Source: Adineta vaga (Eukaryota > Animalia > Rotifera). From it: a stretch of 64,000 nucleotides of DNA. The position numbers and the translations under genes were made by a program. Under the pieces are notes generated by a model, which saw nothing but the letters and a program-made list of their open reading frames with translations, had not been told where the DNA came from and did not search any database. The stretch lies in assembly GCA_021613535.1 (NCBI GenBank), contig CP075493.1, forward strand, positions 2,356,001 to 2,420,000, read 5' to 3'. Of the stretch, positions 13,201-26,922 are shown piece after piece (the stretch's first letter is position 1; each line of letters begins with the position of its first letter).

Positions 13201-15000
13201 TGATTATCAAAACGTTTTTCAATCGATAAAGTAAGTATGTTTTTATTATATAGATATATATACAAGAATAACAAGGCTGGCTTCTTCAAAATTGGAAGAC
13301 TTATAATTTCTTTAGTAAAATAAATGATAAATTCTCATCGTATATTATTCAGATTCAAATCTTCCGACAAAATCAACTTATGATCGATCTTACCTGGTTT
13401 CATATACATAACAGGATTATCATTATTCTTTCTATCCGATGTAAATAATATCGCTTGTCGATAGAAAATAATCTTAAATGTTAACGATTGATTTGTCGTC
13501 ATATTTGATCTGAATGGAAATTGAATCGTTGCTAATCTTGACTAGAAATGAAAAGACAGAAATGATTTCTTTTTCCAACAGAAATCAACAATATCAAACC
13601 TCGTGACGTTTAAAATGTCGATTAACAATTCCACAAATAATTGTTAATAAAGGTCTATTTGGTATAAAACATACAGTTGGTGGTAATGGTGATTCTAAAG
13701 TCATTGCTGTTAATTGTTTTCCAACATAAACCCATGATTGATTGGTAACATCTAATAATTGTTCTAAGATTGCTTTTAATCGATATAAGGCTAATTGATA
13801 TTCTTTAATAATAATAAAATTTTGTTTAATTTGTAAAATAAAATCTGTTAAACGATAGATTAACATGGAAATTTCTTCAATATTTCTCTTCGAGGAAATA
13901 TATTTGTTATGTTCTTCATCGATTAAATCAATTAGAAAAATAATATCATCAAATTGAAACTCATCAAGATTTAGTTGAGAAATATATGTTACTAATTTCG
14001 ATAACAAATTAGTTTGATTATGTGATAATATACGATCAAATTCGCGTGAAATATTTGTTCGAAATGCACATTGAGATAAATCTAAATCGATCCATTGTCG
14101 ATTTTTTGAACATGTATACGATGCTTGAGCTTGATATTCAAACCAAGCTGCAGAACCAAATGGACATTTTAATTGAATTGTTTGACCAGTTAATGTTCGT
14201 GGCCAATAGAAGTATCCTTTCGATGTATCCATTTGTATTGATTGACAAAAATGATTCAATTGAGAATTTAAAACATGTAATGATGTTGAACGATTTTGAT
14301 TTAAACTATGACATGTCCATAGACCTGAATGATTGGATTGTAAACGTGGAAGAAAAATTTCGGAATTCGATGAATAAAATTCATGATTAAATGTCCAAAA
14401 AAGTTTTGTATTCGAAGAACAATTGAAGGTAAATGAATCATTTTCATAAACAATTTGTGATTGTTCAGGTGTAATGTAAAGGAAATTTTTCTTATTTAAA
14501 CAAAAATCTTTTTCTTTACAATTGATTACATTTCGAAGATTAATTGTTTCAAACCATTTCATGATCCATTTCATTTGACAGGTACAATTTAATGGATTAT
14601 TTGAAAGATCAAGATTAATATTGGAAATTTCATTGAATGTTTTCGGAATTATTCTGATGAAATTATTTTGAAGATATAAGGAAGATAACTGTGGAAATTT
14701 TGCAAATAAATTCGATGGTAATGATTGAAGATTATTAAAAGATAAATCAAGTGTTTGAAGATTATCCAGATTTGACAAAGAATTTATCGATGAGAAAGAA
14801 TTCGATGAAAGATTTAAGACAATTGTCGACTTAGGAAATTGTATGTCAAGATTAAGAAAGAAATCGTCGGTCAATTGATGATTAGTACATGTTATTATAG
14901 TTAAATCTGATGAGCATATACAAGAATTTGTAGATGGACATTGATCAGTTAATATATATTGAGTAAGATAAAATATTAATAACAGATATAAAGATAACAT
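10269..15000 (-). CDS. Adhesion GPCR subfamily A (GPR124/GPR125-like)
   Basis: Signal peptide, LRRNT-LRRs-LRRCT, Ig domain (SGLWTC), hormone-receptor motif (KGYFYWPRT..QLKCP..W..DLSQC), GAIN region and 7TM exons (GVKPVIQFYLLAYGISFIICGI-like). Long Ser/Pro tail ending HESSV (class I PDZ ligand, compare ETTV). Confidence 0.85.
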
Positions 15001-15720
15001 GATGTTAATAACAATGAAGATGGAAAGTGTTGACCGATGTTGAAGTCAGCGAACGAATGAACCACACTTGTTGCTTTTTCTTTCCTTCTTCTTATTCTTG
15101 ATCGATATACATTGAACAAAAAAATATATACATGCATATTGTATACCGACATGCATATTCATTCTATTCTATTCTTTACTTTTCTTTTCTTCTTCTTCTC
15201 TGTATATTGTATTGTACATACATACAGTTTGCTTGCTTGCGGTATGATTCAATGATTCTTGCTACTGGATATTTAAACTGAAAAAGATTTATTGAACTTA
15301 TTATTCAAGAATAAGTTGATAAAATCCTAACATTTTCTCCAGTCGTTTTCATCAATTATAAAAATAAAAAGTGAAAAAGAAGTATAGATGGAGCCAGTTG
15401 CTCGTATTTAATGACAATTTGTATTTATTCATTTTCTTATTAAAATAAATGTGGAAAATAATGATTCTATAATCAATACTAGACCCCTGTTCTGACATCT
15501 GGCTTACGCCTCTGCCCATTATGGATTCTTCTATTAGGTCGCGAATTTATCGATATACATAATGTACATTTTCCGTATGTATTTAATCGAATGATTAAGA
15601 AGAATGTTATGAGTATGTTTTTAGATGGGAAGATATGTTTGTCACATTGATTTGTTTGATTGTACCAGCTGATAAGAGATTTTAAAAGTGAACTATGCCA
15701 AATATTTTTTGTAATTTAAA

Positions 15721-16360
15721 GGTATTGGTTTATTACTTCGATGGCAAAACCAAGAATTGCTGATCGACTAACACGATATCTTCGATTTCTTACTTTATTT
15801 TTTATCGTATATATATTAACGTATGGCATTTATACGAATTTTTATGTATTTAAATTGATTAATTTTCAGACTGTAATCACCAGTACGATTTTACCATATA
15901 TCGGCTTTCTTACATCATCGTCAAATCAAATGAAAATTCTTCAAAATTGTCCAAGACTTCAATATAAAGATGGATTTTATATTGTTAATCATACAATTAA
16001 CAATGCAAGAAAACGACATCAAACGGTTATTGATGCTTTATTCACTAGTGTTGTCACCGTTCTTGTTACAGTCACTACATTATGCATTTGATGTGGATTA
16101 GAATTAGAACAATTAACATGTAATTTCAAACAACCAATTTCATTATTGGTTTGGGCTGTTTTGTTAAATTGTCTACTTACCATTGTTATCATCTGCAATA
16201 ACAAAAAATTTTCGATTAGATGAATCAACAAGTTTAGGTTTATTATCAACAGCAAGTACATCAGATAAGAAAAAGAGTCTATGTGAAAAAACGATCATTT
16301 GAATTTTAGGTGGTGGTGGTTCATCAACTATCTATACAGCATTACTTGCTGGTGATGATC
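15721..16360 (+). pseudogene. SLC10 (Na+/bile-acid symporter family) pseudogene, fragments in permuted order
   Basis: TTLCI*CGLELEQLTCNFKQPISLLV/GLFC*IVYLPLLS..LGLLSTASTS|GGGGSSTIYTALLAGD matches SLC10 TM1-3 (MGCxxE..RPxGxxxGxxCQ..CPGGxxSN..LxGD). Lesions: TGA 16089, a frameshift near 16150, TAA 16165 and a dead donor (ATAAG at 16265). Preceded by a C-terminal-type piece GIGLLLRW/KPRIADRL..ILPYIGF. Confidence 0.7.
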
Positions 16361-16609
16361 GCATTATCATCCTGAGTTGTACAGTTCTAAACCTTGTATG
16401 TGTTGCAGAAGAAATTAAATTCAGAAAAACTTAAAACTCACTACGATAAATTAAAATTTCAATTTTTCGACGTCATCAATTACTATACACATCGTTGTAT
16501 TCCTTCGATCAGGAGTTTTTTAATTTGGAAAATAATTAAATAGGCGCAATTTATTAATTGTTTTTCACTTGTCATATTGTTTTATTCGATTATTTATATT
16601 ATTTTTCAA

Positions 16610-16975
16610 ATGGGTGCTGGTGGCATATATCCTAATTATCCTTCTTCAAACGGTTATACGGGTTACCACCGTCCATATTATAATCATGGCAGATATCCGT
16701 CTCCTGGACATATTCCATCTTACGGTTATCCACCAAATAACGGAATGAGTTACGGACGAGGTTTTCATCGTCCATATGCTTCAATGAACTATGGTCCTAT
16801 GATAAATAGTTTTCCACCAAGTGTATATCATCAACAGATTAGTAATGGTGGAGTTTTAAATCCACATCATGCTGCTTTCGGTGGTTTACAATCAGCACCA
16901 CCATCAGCAACACCAGACGGTAATATTCACTTCCATCGACCTCGCGAACATAGACCACATTTTGATGATCAATAA
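16610..16975 (+). CDS. Small Gly/Tyr/Pro/His-rich low-complexity protein (~121 aa)
   Basis: ATG at 16610 (MGAGGIYPNYPSSNGY...), an open frame richer in GC than its flanks, and AATAAA overlapping the stop. Confidence 0.6.
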   Translation: MGAGGIYPNYPSSNGYTGYHRPYYNHGRYPSPGHIPSYGYPPNNGMSYGRGFHRPYASMNYGPMINSFPPSVYHQQISNGGVLNPHHAAFGGLQSAPPSATPDGNIHFHRPREHRPHFDDQ

Positions 16976-17241
16976 ATCGATTTATGTTACTTATCATAGA
17001 TTTGTTTTCGAAATAGGTGATCAAGAAATAAGAAGAAGTAATATAAAATAGCAGTCGTAATAATATCATAAGAAAAGAACGTATAGGAAAATATTAATAC
17101 AAATCACGATTTGAACAAAGAGAAAAATAGTTATGGTTTGATTTGTCTGAATAATAGATGACACCGAAGATGTTTATCGAATAGGAAAAAAAAATAAACG
17201 TTTTCAGTTAAGAAAAGAAGTTTAGTCATTCGATGATACAA

Positions 17242-20200
17242 TTATCGTTTCTTGTTGTTACTACCTGGTTCTGGCTTTTGAACACCATAACCTATAAAAT
17301 ACAAGGACAATACGATAGGAATGAATATTTTAAACAAATAGTTATTATACCTGCTTGAGGATATTGTGGTGCACCAGCCATAGGATAAGGTGGAGCCGCT
17401 AAATATAAAAAGAAAAATTTCGATGCTAATAGATCACAACAAACATACCCATGTTGAAGAATGGATTGTATGGATTATAACCAGGTGGCATAGGAAAGAA
17501 TGGTTGCATATATGCACCTGGATATGGCAATGCTGCACCACCTAAATAGTAAAAGTACGTCGAATGTCTATTATTTTTTTAGATTCTCTTTCATACTAGG
17601 TACAGTTGGTGGAGCTTGACCACCAGTTACAGGAGCTGATGGTTGTTGTGCTTGTGGATATGCTGAAGCAGAATTAGCTGGATATCCTGAATCTGCAAAA
17701 CGCGAAAAAAAGATTTTCAAGTTGCTTTCATTTCAAAAAGGTCTATCATCTTTTCCCGATGCAATTAGTTATCAGTTTACATACTCATGTGTGGTATCGG
17801 TGGTGGTGGAGCTGTTGCTGAGGTTGGTGCCGAATTTCCTCCAACAATTCCTCGTTGAATATCTTTCATTAGATCTTCCTTTTCAGTTTTACGTGCAAAG
17901 ACAAAATCGGAAACCTTATTTTGAAATTTAAGTAATAATGGTGTAAGATCATTATAGAACTAGAAAGAGAAGTAATCGTTTATTAACTTAAAATAGATAA
18001 CTGAACAAACCTTCGTTCCTTCTCTTAAATTATTTAATAATTCTTGAAAAGCATCATACGCTCGAGCTAAATTTTTCATCATTTCTTCTCGCATTTCCGT
18101 TGATGCATTTCCTTGTTTTTCATTTTGAAATTGTTGATTTGCACGACGAATATTTTCAACTAAGTTTTCTTGTCTTGACACACTTTCATTAACTTGTTGT
18201 CGTAATGGTGCATAAATGGATTCAATTTCGTTAACAACAACACTATTCTCATCAGTATGACTTCCTTGTTGAAATGCAGCAATTAAACGTGCACGAACAC
18301 TATCTGAATCCGTATTTTTTAATTCCGATTCGATTACTTCACGTTCAGCTTTAACACCAGCTACTGTATCCATCAAACGATGTAATTCTTTTACGGCATA
18401 TGTATCACGTAAAGCACCAGCAGCAGATGCCGACGGAAGTTCATTGGCAATTTCATGCTGAAGAAAAAGAAAATATTGTAATCTGACATATCCTCTCATT
18501 TGAACAATTAAAATAGATAATTTACTGTTTGTTTACTAAGTAAAACAACACAATCACGATTCATTCGATATTTGTCTTGAACAATTTTATCAGCATTAAT
18601 AGCATTTTGAATAATATCCATATATTTTTTGGCTTCAGTACGTAATGGAACTGTCAACGTTGATGAGATAGTACGAGTCCATCGTTCTTTAAATTGACTA
18701 CGTAGTTCTGTATCACCACGTTCTTCATCATCTAACATACGATTTGTCTATCAAAGGATTATGACTACATATATTAATATGGAGAAACATCGAACATACT
18801 TCATCTAAAATTTCTTTATTACGACTTAATGCCGTTGGTAATTCACTGACCATCCGTTCCAATGTACTGATACCACCTTGTCGTTTGATTTCATTTGCTT
18901 TTTCAATAAGTGATGGTGGAATTTGACGACCACCATTATCTTCAATTGCAGCTGGTAAATTAAGTGAAGCCAAAAATCTACAAATATTAACAATGATAAA
19001 ATAACAAACTTTTCTCTCTCGGTATATTTTAATTACGCATTGAGTACATTGGTTGCTTCTCGTAAACGATTTATTTCAAGATTCATAATTTCAGCACGTT
19101 TTGAATTAAATGCTGCAAGAGCATTGTTCAATGCAATTGGAACCAATGAAGCAAATAAATCTAAATATATTATCATTGTAAGTAGATATCTTAGTTAATT
19201 ATATATTTAAGTACCTCGAAAATCTTGTGTTAATGGAAATGTAACCGGTAATGGTTTAGCAATTGGTTGTGCTAAAATTGTTTCAAGTGTTTTCGAATCT
19301 GGTAATCGTTCATGATAGACAAAATCATTGTCTTTATGAGCTGCAACTGATGATTTTGATATTTCATCTTGATTAGCACGAAGTGTTGGTGTAAAAGCAG
19401 CCGTTGTCGATTTACTTACAGCTTGATCAGCAAGTTCTTTAGCACGCTAAATTGAACAAAAATCATTTCTTTTCTTTATTTAAGAATATTCTTCATTTTT
19501 CTTACGTCAAATCGAACAACAGCAGTACCATATTTTCTATCAGCTTGAGCTTGTTTACCAGCATGATATTCTGCTTTGGATTGAAATAGTAAATATTTAA
19601 CCCACATCACATTTACAAAATTCTATAGACAAAAAAAGAATAGTATCGATCATTTTCCAAATGACAGTTTGTAAAATCATGAAAACAAAGTCAAAGGTCT
19701 CTCATAAATCTTACTTACATCTGGAATAATTTTCTTAGCACTTTCTGTTTTAGCTGATGTATACGCTTCTTTGTAGCAATCAGATGCATGTGCTGCAACT
19801 TTCGCCGCAACTTCATCTAAGCACAAAACGAGATAGATTTTCACATGTGAACTTCACATTTTCTACCTTTCAATGTCGCTGATTTTAAATAGACCAGTTC
19901 GGCTGCTTGTGCTAACATTAACCATGAAAGACTGGCTAAAACTGACGGTTCAAAGTCCACCGAAAAGTCCGTTAATGAATTAGCATTGACATAATCTTTT
20001 AAAAATGAAAATATGCCTGATGATAATTGAAAATATCTCAATGCTGCTTTCATTTGTTCGTCCGTTGATAAATTTTGACCTAATGCTAATTCACTATAAG
20101 CATGACCAATATTAAAAAGAACACAAGCTTTTTCATAAGCTAATTTCCATGAACCATTCGTTTTTTGTTTTCCACCAAATAAACCACCTCCACCAACGAA

Positions 20201-20542
20201 TGCATCTTGCCATTTGAAATAAATTCGTATTTGATTTTCAGTTATTGGCAGTTTATATTCAATTGCATGTAATTGATCATAATATCTACATAGTCAAGAA
20301 AACAATATTGTATTTCAATGCGAAAAAAAAACGAATTTTTACCGAAGTAATTTTGAACAATCATCTCTATAATTACTACGAAGTAATGCTTCAGCACGTA
20401 ATGAATTGAATCCATCGACTGATGCCGAATAATCTTCTTTATCACCAAATGTTGCTTTAATAAAATTTTTAATCGGTGTGGATAAAGTCACATCAAAAGC
20501 CTTCTTAGCTGGTACAGATAGAAAATGATTTGGATTTGACAT
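17242..20542 (-). CDS. PDCD6IP: ALIX / programmed cell death 6-interacting protein (BRO1 + V domain + Pro-rich tail)
   Basis: [71 protein letters not shown], and a [14 protein letters not shown] proline-tyrosine tail. Stop at 17242-17244. Confidence 0.93.
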
Positions 20543-21261
20543 GGTTAGTTTGCTTTCGTTTATACTTCTATCTAAAGAAAACGAATCATATAAACTTCGT
20601 CTTCTTCTTCAAGATTAATAAATCTAAAAAAATGATTCACAAAAACATTACACTATTCAAACAATCAACAATGAGTCATTAAATATTCAGAACCAATGAA
20701 AAAATATCAGACCTTTTTCTCTCTTGACTATAAATATATCGACATCGGCAACAAGAAGGTAAATAAATAAATAACTAACTTCGTATGACTAATCAAATAT
20801 TATCGAGGATTTCCATACATTGGATAAGATTATGAACACTAAAAAACAAAAAACTGATCCAAAATGAAGTTTAATCTCCATATATATATATATATAACAT
20901 CTGATATAAAGAAGTCTTTAGTAACTGATAAGATGATTACTCATTCTAAAAATCGTGTAGTTATTCAACTAACAAGAGATGATTACTAATTTGAAACATT
21001 TATAACAAATTGTCATACATGAAACTTTACAAGAGATCATTCCATTGAAATACAGAGAAGATAATATAAAGAAATGACTTTTTTTTGGATAATTGTTTTA
21101 TGAGCATGAATTTCACTCGATTTGTAAATTATAACCTTCACACTTATTTGAGATGAAGGTGAATCGATTTTATCCTTGAAAATGTATTTCTTTTATACTG
21201 AAAAGTATAGAGTATGTTTGTTAAAAAAGGAGAAGAAGAAATAATAAAAAAATAAAAAAAT

Positions 21262-22908
21262 TTAAAGAATTGTATCTGGTCGATAACTCGTTGAACTTGT
21301 TGTAGTCGTTGTTAATTCACTTGAACTTTCTGTGAATGAATCAGTTACATAGATATTTGATCGATCTGTTGTTGATTGAGATATCATTGGCTTATATTTC
21401 GGTTTAGTTTGATCGTCTTTCAAAAGTGATGTACGTCCTTGGAAAGTTTTCTTTATTGTTGAAGAATTGGAATTCATATTTGGAAGTTCTTTTTTTAGTT
21501 TAGGTCGATTTTTATTCCAGATTATATAATAAATCATAAATGATAAACCAGCAAGAAGTAGACCAGTACAAATGCCGAGTATTAACATCCAAATGTTACC
21601 TACCATTGCTTCTTTATGTACATAAGATTTATTTGATGCATCATCGCTGAGACGTTGATATACACTTGTTTTATTCGAAATAAGTAAAGCTAATGGTGTT
21701 GGAATAGTCGTTGATTGATTAATATGAAGTTCAATTTCATCCTCATCATCAACATGAGGTGGTTGAAGATTAGTTACTTGTATTATACTTAAACGTAGGG
21801 GTAATATTGATCGTTGTGGTGATGGAAATATCAATGACATATTTAAACATGGATCAGAATTTGTCAATATACAAATATGTAACAATGGTCGAAGAACATC
21901 AGTATAGAAAAGTACATTTTTATATGTAACAATATCATCATAGCCTAGTGTTGAACGTGATCCACGTTTTTCTGTCAGAATTTCGCGTCGATCAAAATTT
22001 GTATGTTCATTTAAGTGAACAGCAAGAATCTTTTCTTCTAAACTTAAATACATAATTTTTGTCGAAAAATTAATTGTTGCAATACAAGGATATGGACGAT
22101 TATCATATGATGATGGAATTTTAAATAAAAAAATACATTCATTCACACCCAATGAACAACGTATAACTGTACACCACCCATACGAATCACCAATAATATA
22201 ACCTTCGGTTGTAACTTGATCGATAATCATATCACTAATACGTAAATTAGGACTTAGTTCTCGTAAACGTTTCATAAATGGTGCTGAACCACGTGTACGT
22301 GGTTTTTGTAGGAGATCAATTATTTGAATATCTGAATGACCATAGACATAGAGAATCGATGAAACTTGATGAATATTAAGAAACAATGGCATTTCACTAC
22401 GAATCGAATTCATTACTGAATGATTAGAAAAATTTGATATCCACCATCCATCTGAATATTGTAAACGATAAACAGTACGTTCATGAGGTGCTGTTAAATA
22501 GATATGACCATGATCATCACCAGCTACATCATGAAAACGCGGAACATCTTCTTGTGTTAATAATAAATGAAAGGAATCATCACCACCAAATATAACTGGC
22601 CACCAAACATAGACACCTGATAATGATGTAAGTACCACTACAGATGTTGTTTGTTCTTTTGTAGACGATTTCTCATCTTCAATTGATTCTTCGTCATGAT
22701 TATCTCTTGAAACTTCATACTGATCACGAGCTGAGCTGATTTTCTGACGAACTTTATCCGTTTGTGATGAGATTCGTTGACGAATATTTAATGAAGTACC
22801 ATTTTTTAATGCTAAAGATCTGTTGCTTCTAAGAATAGATGTTGATGTTAAATTAATAAGAAGAACAATAATAAGAATAATGATGGCTGAATAAGAATAA
22901 TAGCTCAT
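21262..22908 (-). CDS. Intronless single-pass membrane protein with probable beta-propeller ectodomain
   Basis: Signal peptide from ATG 22908, beta-strand-rich repeats including LFYTDV (YWTD/NHL-like), TM helix IWMLILGICTGLLLAGLSFMIYYIIW, and a Ser/Thr tail ending DTIL (PDZ-ligand-like). Confidence 0.7.
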   Translation of the reverse strand: MSYYSYSAIIILIIVLLINLTSTSILRSNRSLALKNGTSLNIRQRISSQTDKVRQKISSARDQYEVSRDNHDEESIEDEKSSTKEQTTSVVVLTSLSGVYVWWPVIFGGDDSFHLLLTQEDVPRFHDVAGDDHGHIYLTAPHERTVYRLQYSDGWWISNFSNHSVMNSIRSEMPLFLNIHQVSSILYVYGHSDIQIIDLLQKPRTRGSAPFMKRLRELSPNLRISDMIIDQVTTEGYIIGDSYGWCTVIRCSLGVNECIFLFKIPSSYDNRPYPCIATINFSTKIMYLSLEEKILAVHLNEHTNFDRREILTEKRGSRSTLGYDDIVTYKNVLFYTDVLRPLLHICILTNSDPCLNMSLIFPSPQRSILPLRLSIIQVTNLQPPHVDDEDEIELHINQSTTIPTPLALLISNKTSVYQRLSDDASNKSYVHKEAMVGNIWMLILGICTGLLLAGLSFMIYYIIWNKNRPKLKKELPNMNSNSSTIKKTFQGRTSLLKDDQTKPKYKPMISQSTTDRSNIYVTDSFTESSSELTTTTTSSTSYRPDTIL

Positions 22909-25900
22909 CGAAAAAAGAAATATGATTAATGTCAATCATTAGCTAAAAAAAGAAGAGAGAAGAAAAAACTTCAGATAGATAAAGAAAATTATTGTTATTC
23001 GTTTGAGAAGCAGATTTAGTTTCTCTCTCTCTTTTTTGTTGCTTTCAGCCATGAAGAGATTTGATCTTCTATGTACATCAATCCTATTATATAAGTAATA
23101 CAATGTATCTATACTATACAATACAATTCTTCTATTTGAACTAATATTTGAGTCAACTGTTACATTCAAAAGAAAGGGGAAAGAAGTGATGGACAACAAG
23201 GTAGTTACCTTGATCGAATGTCAGAGAGAGTGAGTGATTGATGAACATATACACAGAGAAACGATTAGATGTGATGCGTAAAAAGAAATAAAAGAAGAAG
23301 AAGAAGCCATTTGTAAAAGAAGGAGAGAAAAAATACATATATATATATTGAAATCATTTCTACATTTAGGTTTTTTTTTAAAAGATGTAAAAAAAAGAGT
23401 CCCAAATCGATTACGTTACGTACACACGACCAATTTGTCTTTGAGTGGCATTGTATCACAAGTATGACACATCGAAGAACACATGTTTCTAGGTTTCTTC
23501 TAGAAAATGTCATTCTTACGTTACTCTTTATGTTGACTAACGATAGTCACTAGGGAAAAAAAGGATAACTGCTGTTCTGTATCACTGTCATCTTAACATC
23601 TTATCTCATATATAAGGAGAATGGCAAAAGGTTTTCTTCGATCATTCTAGACGCCAGATGATAGTAATATATTCTTGTTGACAAAGAATGACGTATATTT
23701 CTTCATAGAATTAGCCTGATTGTCATTAATTATAGGGAAAAAAGAAGAAGAAGAAGAGACAATCGATGATTTTGCTAAGAAAATCAAAACAATCGTTTAC
23801 CTATTGATCGTTATCTATAAACCTTCGTCATTTTACTGTTCCGGTTGATTTACTCAGATAAATACAAATATATACGTGTCTCAATTGCGTTTTATAAGTG
23901 ATCAGTTGTCAAGAACTTTTCGTTTTTTCTTCGTCGACGCTGTCTAAGTACTCTCCCGTTGATTTCTCTTTCTCGCTTTTTTTTCGTTTGACATTACCGT
24001 CTGCGTGGCGTAACTTATATGCATATATATATATATGAAAAAGAAGAAAAAAAAGAGAAGGACACCATCGTAAGCATGTAGTAAAAAGAAACCGCAACGG
24101 CAGTTTCTCTCTTGTTGCTTGTTTTCTTCTTTTTTTATACTATACGATGTCGTTGTCGTCGTCTTTTATTGATATCTTACAACTAGCATAGATTTATTCT
24201 TTTGCCTTATTCTCTTTGTTATGATATCCTTGATAATTTCTTCGTATATCTTCTACAATACTAAATAACTCAAAGATTGTAATAACAATTATTTTGAACG
24301 AAAAGAAAAATATCGTAAGTCAATTCAAGGTGAACGACTGTCACATCAATGTATCTGCAAAATAGTTGACAATTAAAGGGAATCGAAAAACTGATTGAAA
24401 GTATTGTCTTTACTGATTTTAGTAAGAAAAAAAGAGCGACAGATGTTTTCAACTAATGATCAAACTATTCGTTGAAATCATTATTTCATTATCCGCTTAT
24501 TTCTATTGAGACATGCCAAGTCAGATAAGTGATTCTTATCGATGCAACACAAGTTCAATAGAAGAAATGAGAAGAATATTGAGATAAAATTGCGAAGAAA
24601 AATAATATCTATTACAATATACAATAAACGTGAACGAAATATGTAAAAAAAAGAAATCAAAATCGTATTCTATTACATCACTCCTATCTATACAAATCAA
24701 CGAAAGTTACATTATTTTAACAATCTATTGTGCCTAATTATTCTTCATCTTCTTGTTCTCACATCACTTCAATAAGTTTTGATCGATTTTGTCGTTACCT
24801 TGAAGAGAACTATTTGAAGTAATAGAAACTAATAGTATATACTTAACTATGAATAAGTCAGGTAAGAATAAGAAACATGTATATTTATGACCTGGAGAAA
24901 GTATTCAAAGTATGAATCGTTTATTTGCAATTTTTCAGTATAGTCTTATTGAAGTATTTGCTTAATAATATTGATCAAAAAAAGAAAATTGTTATATAAA
25001 TGACGAATAAAACGAAATGATTCTCTCTTAGACTAGAAGCAAAGATAAATATATTCAAAAACAATGATTCTATTCAGATTATTTTACAATTAGTCCACGA
25101 TTGATAATGGTATCTGTCTAAAAGAAGTATGAGGTTTTTTTCCTTCTGTTCTTTGTATCTGTTATCAATGGGAGATTATCCAATAGTCAAGACACAAAAT
25201 CAATGGAAACAGAAGTTATTCATTTATTCATTTAATGAATGATACCAATATACTTCAAGCGATCCGATCATTTATTCTGCATGAAATAATCCAAAAAGGT
25301 TTGATCAAATCTAGAATCTAGCATAGAACTAGATTGGTTACGAACAAAACGATTTTGGTTTATAATCTGCTACTGAATTATATAGATGATAATAAATAAC
25401 TGAAGAATTTTCTTAGCAAATATACATTCTTTTTCTTCTTACTGAATAATTATCATAAATCTACTCGAAAAATTGTTGATTACATCTTTTTCTCGTTTTG
25501 TACCAAATATTAACGACCAATGAAATCATCTTGACAATGAATGAATAAATATTTGACTTGACTCATAATGATTTATTTTTAGACAATTCTTTTCTTAACT
25601 TATATGAATTTAATTCGGGTTATTTCACTTTTTTGTTAACCCTTTGGGGCGCAAATAGGATGTATTGATTGTGCAAGATCTTGTATACTGTTGTTCTAGT
25701 TTTACAAAGCAGATAACACATCTGTAGTTAATTTTCTCAGATTATATTGATGATAACCATAAATTAGGAGATATTACTATATGATTCATTCGTATCATTC
25801 ATAACGAAAAGGACAATCATAAAGATTTTGAAATATTTCTCAAAAATGCTATAACGTCATGATTACTGTTCGTACTTATTCATACAATGACTTGAGAATA

Positions 25901-26763
25901 AGTTGTAGAGATATTTCTTAATAATTTCGTTATTTTCTTTTTCATTTTGACATTATGCTGTGATTTATTGTAATTTCGAAGGAAAGTTCATTAGAAGTTT
26001 GTTCGTATACAAACGAAACCTATAAAGGAAAAATCAATTAAATAATCCATAGAAATTAAGCAATTGACTTTCTAATATTGCATAAATCCTTTGATTTACA
26101 TAGTTGACTTTGTTTATTTTTTATTAATTATTGCAAAAAACGAATGACGAGTCTCGTGCATTGTAATGAAGATGAAAAGAAAGATACATTCGAAATAATA
26201 CAAGGTGGGTAAAATTTATCATTGAAATTCGATTATTATATTTTCGTTTATCAATACTTCAACATTTCAAGGCTCGTCCGCCAACGATATTCGATAGTGT
26301 TTGTAGTGATTATAAAACGACGCAGTTTGTGGCAAAAAAAGAGAGTAGATGATTGTAGAACTTGCAAGAAACTATCGAATCAACTTGCATGTTCATGTGT
26401 CATGCAGGCATATCATGAGTCAAATTCCGCATATCATATACAAAACAAAAGATTGCTTAACAGTCAAAATCAGATTGGTGCATTAATCAGATGTCGAAAA
26501 AAAAGCAAGAAAAGAGCTCATGAATCACGAAAAGTTTCCCGTTATCTACATTTGGCCCCAATAGTCGTACGTCGATCTCCAGTCCTTACTGTATGTTTAA
26601 CGAACTAGATTGTTTTTCTCAAGATAAAAAAAGAAGAGAGAGAGAGAGAGCGAGAAGGAGAAAGGGAGGGAAAGAAAAGAAACCCTGAAATAAAATACAT
26701 GACGAGTTTACCCCGACAGAGAAAAAAAAATGAGAAAAGAAGAAAAGGACAGCATCTTGCACC

Positions 26764-26770
26764 TATAAAA
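26764..26770 (+). promoter_or_regulatory. TATA box
   Basis: TATAAAA about 160 nt upstream of ATG 26923, downstream of a GA-repeat tract. Confidence 0.4.
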
Positions 26771-26922
26771 AGAGTTCGTTACAGAGCAGATTACTAAATA
26801 TTCGCTCATACAATTTCATGTCAATCACTCTTCTGAATTTCTAAGCGTCGCGTGTCATCGTATTAACATCAGCGAAATTTCACTCGACGATTTTTATTAA
26901 ATATACAATCACTTGATAAGCA

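Noticed and set aside
22939-26608. Short Phe/Lys-rich ORFs in intergenic DNA (also 29992-30532, 50240-50561, 52217-52858, 54863-55063)
   Set aside because: They derive from poly-A/T tracts and microsatellites, often with non-ATG starts, and show no coding signal.
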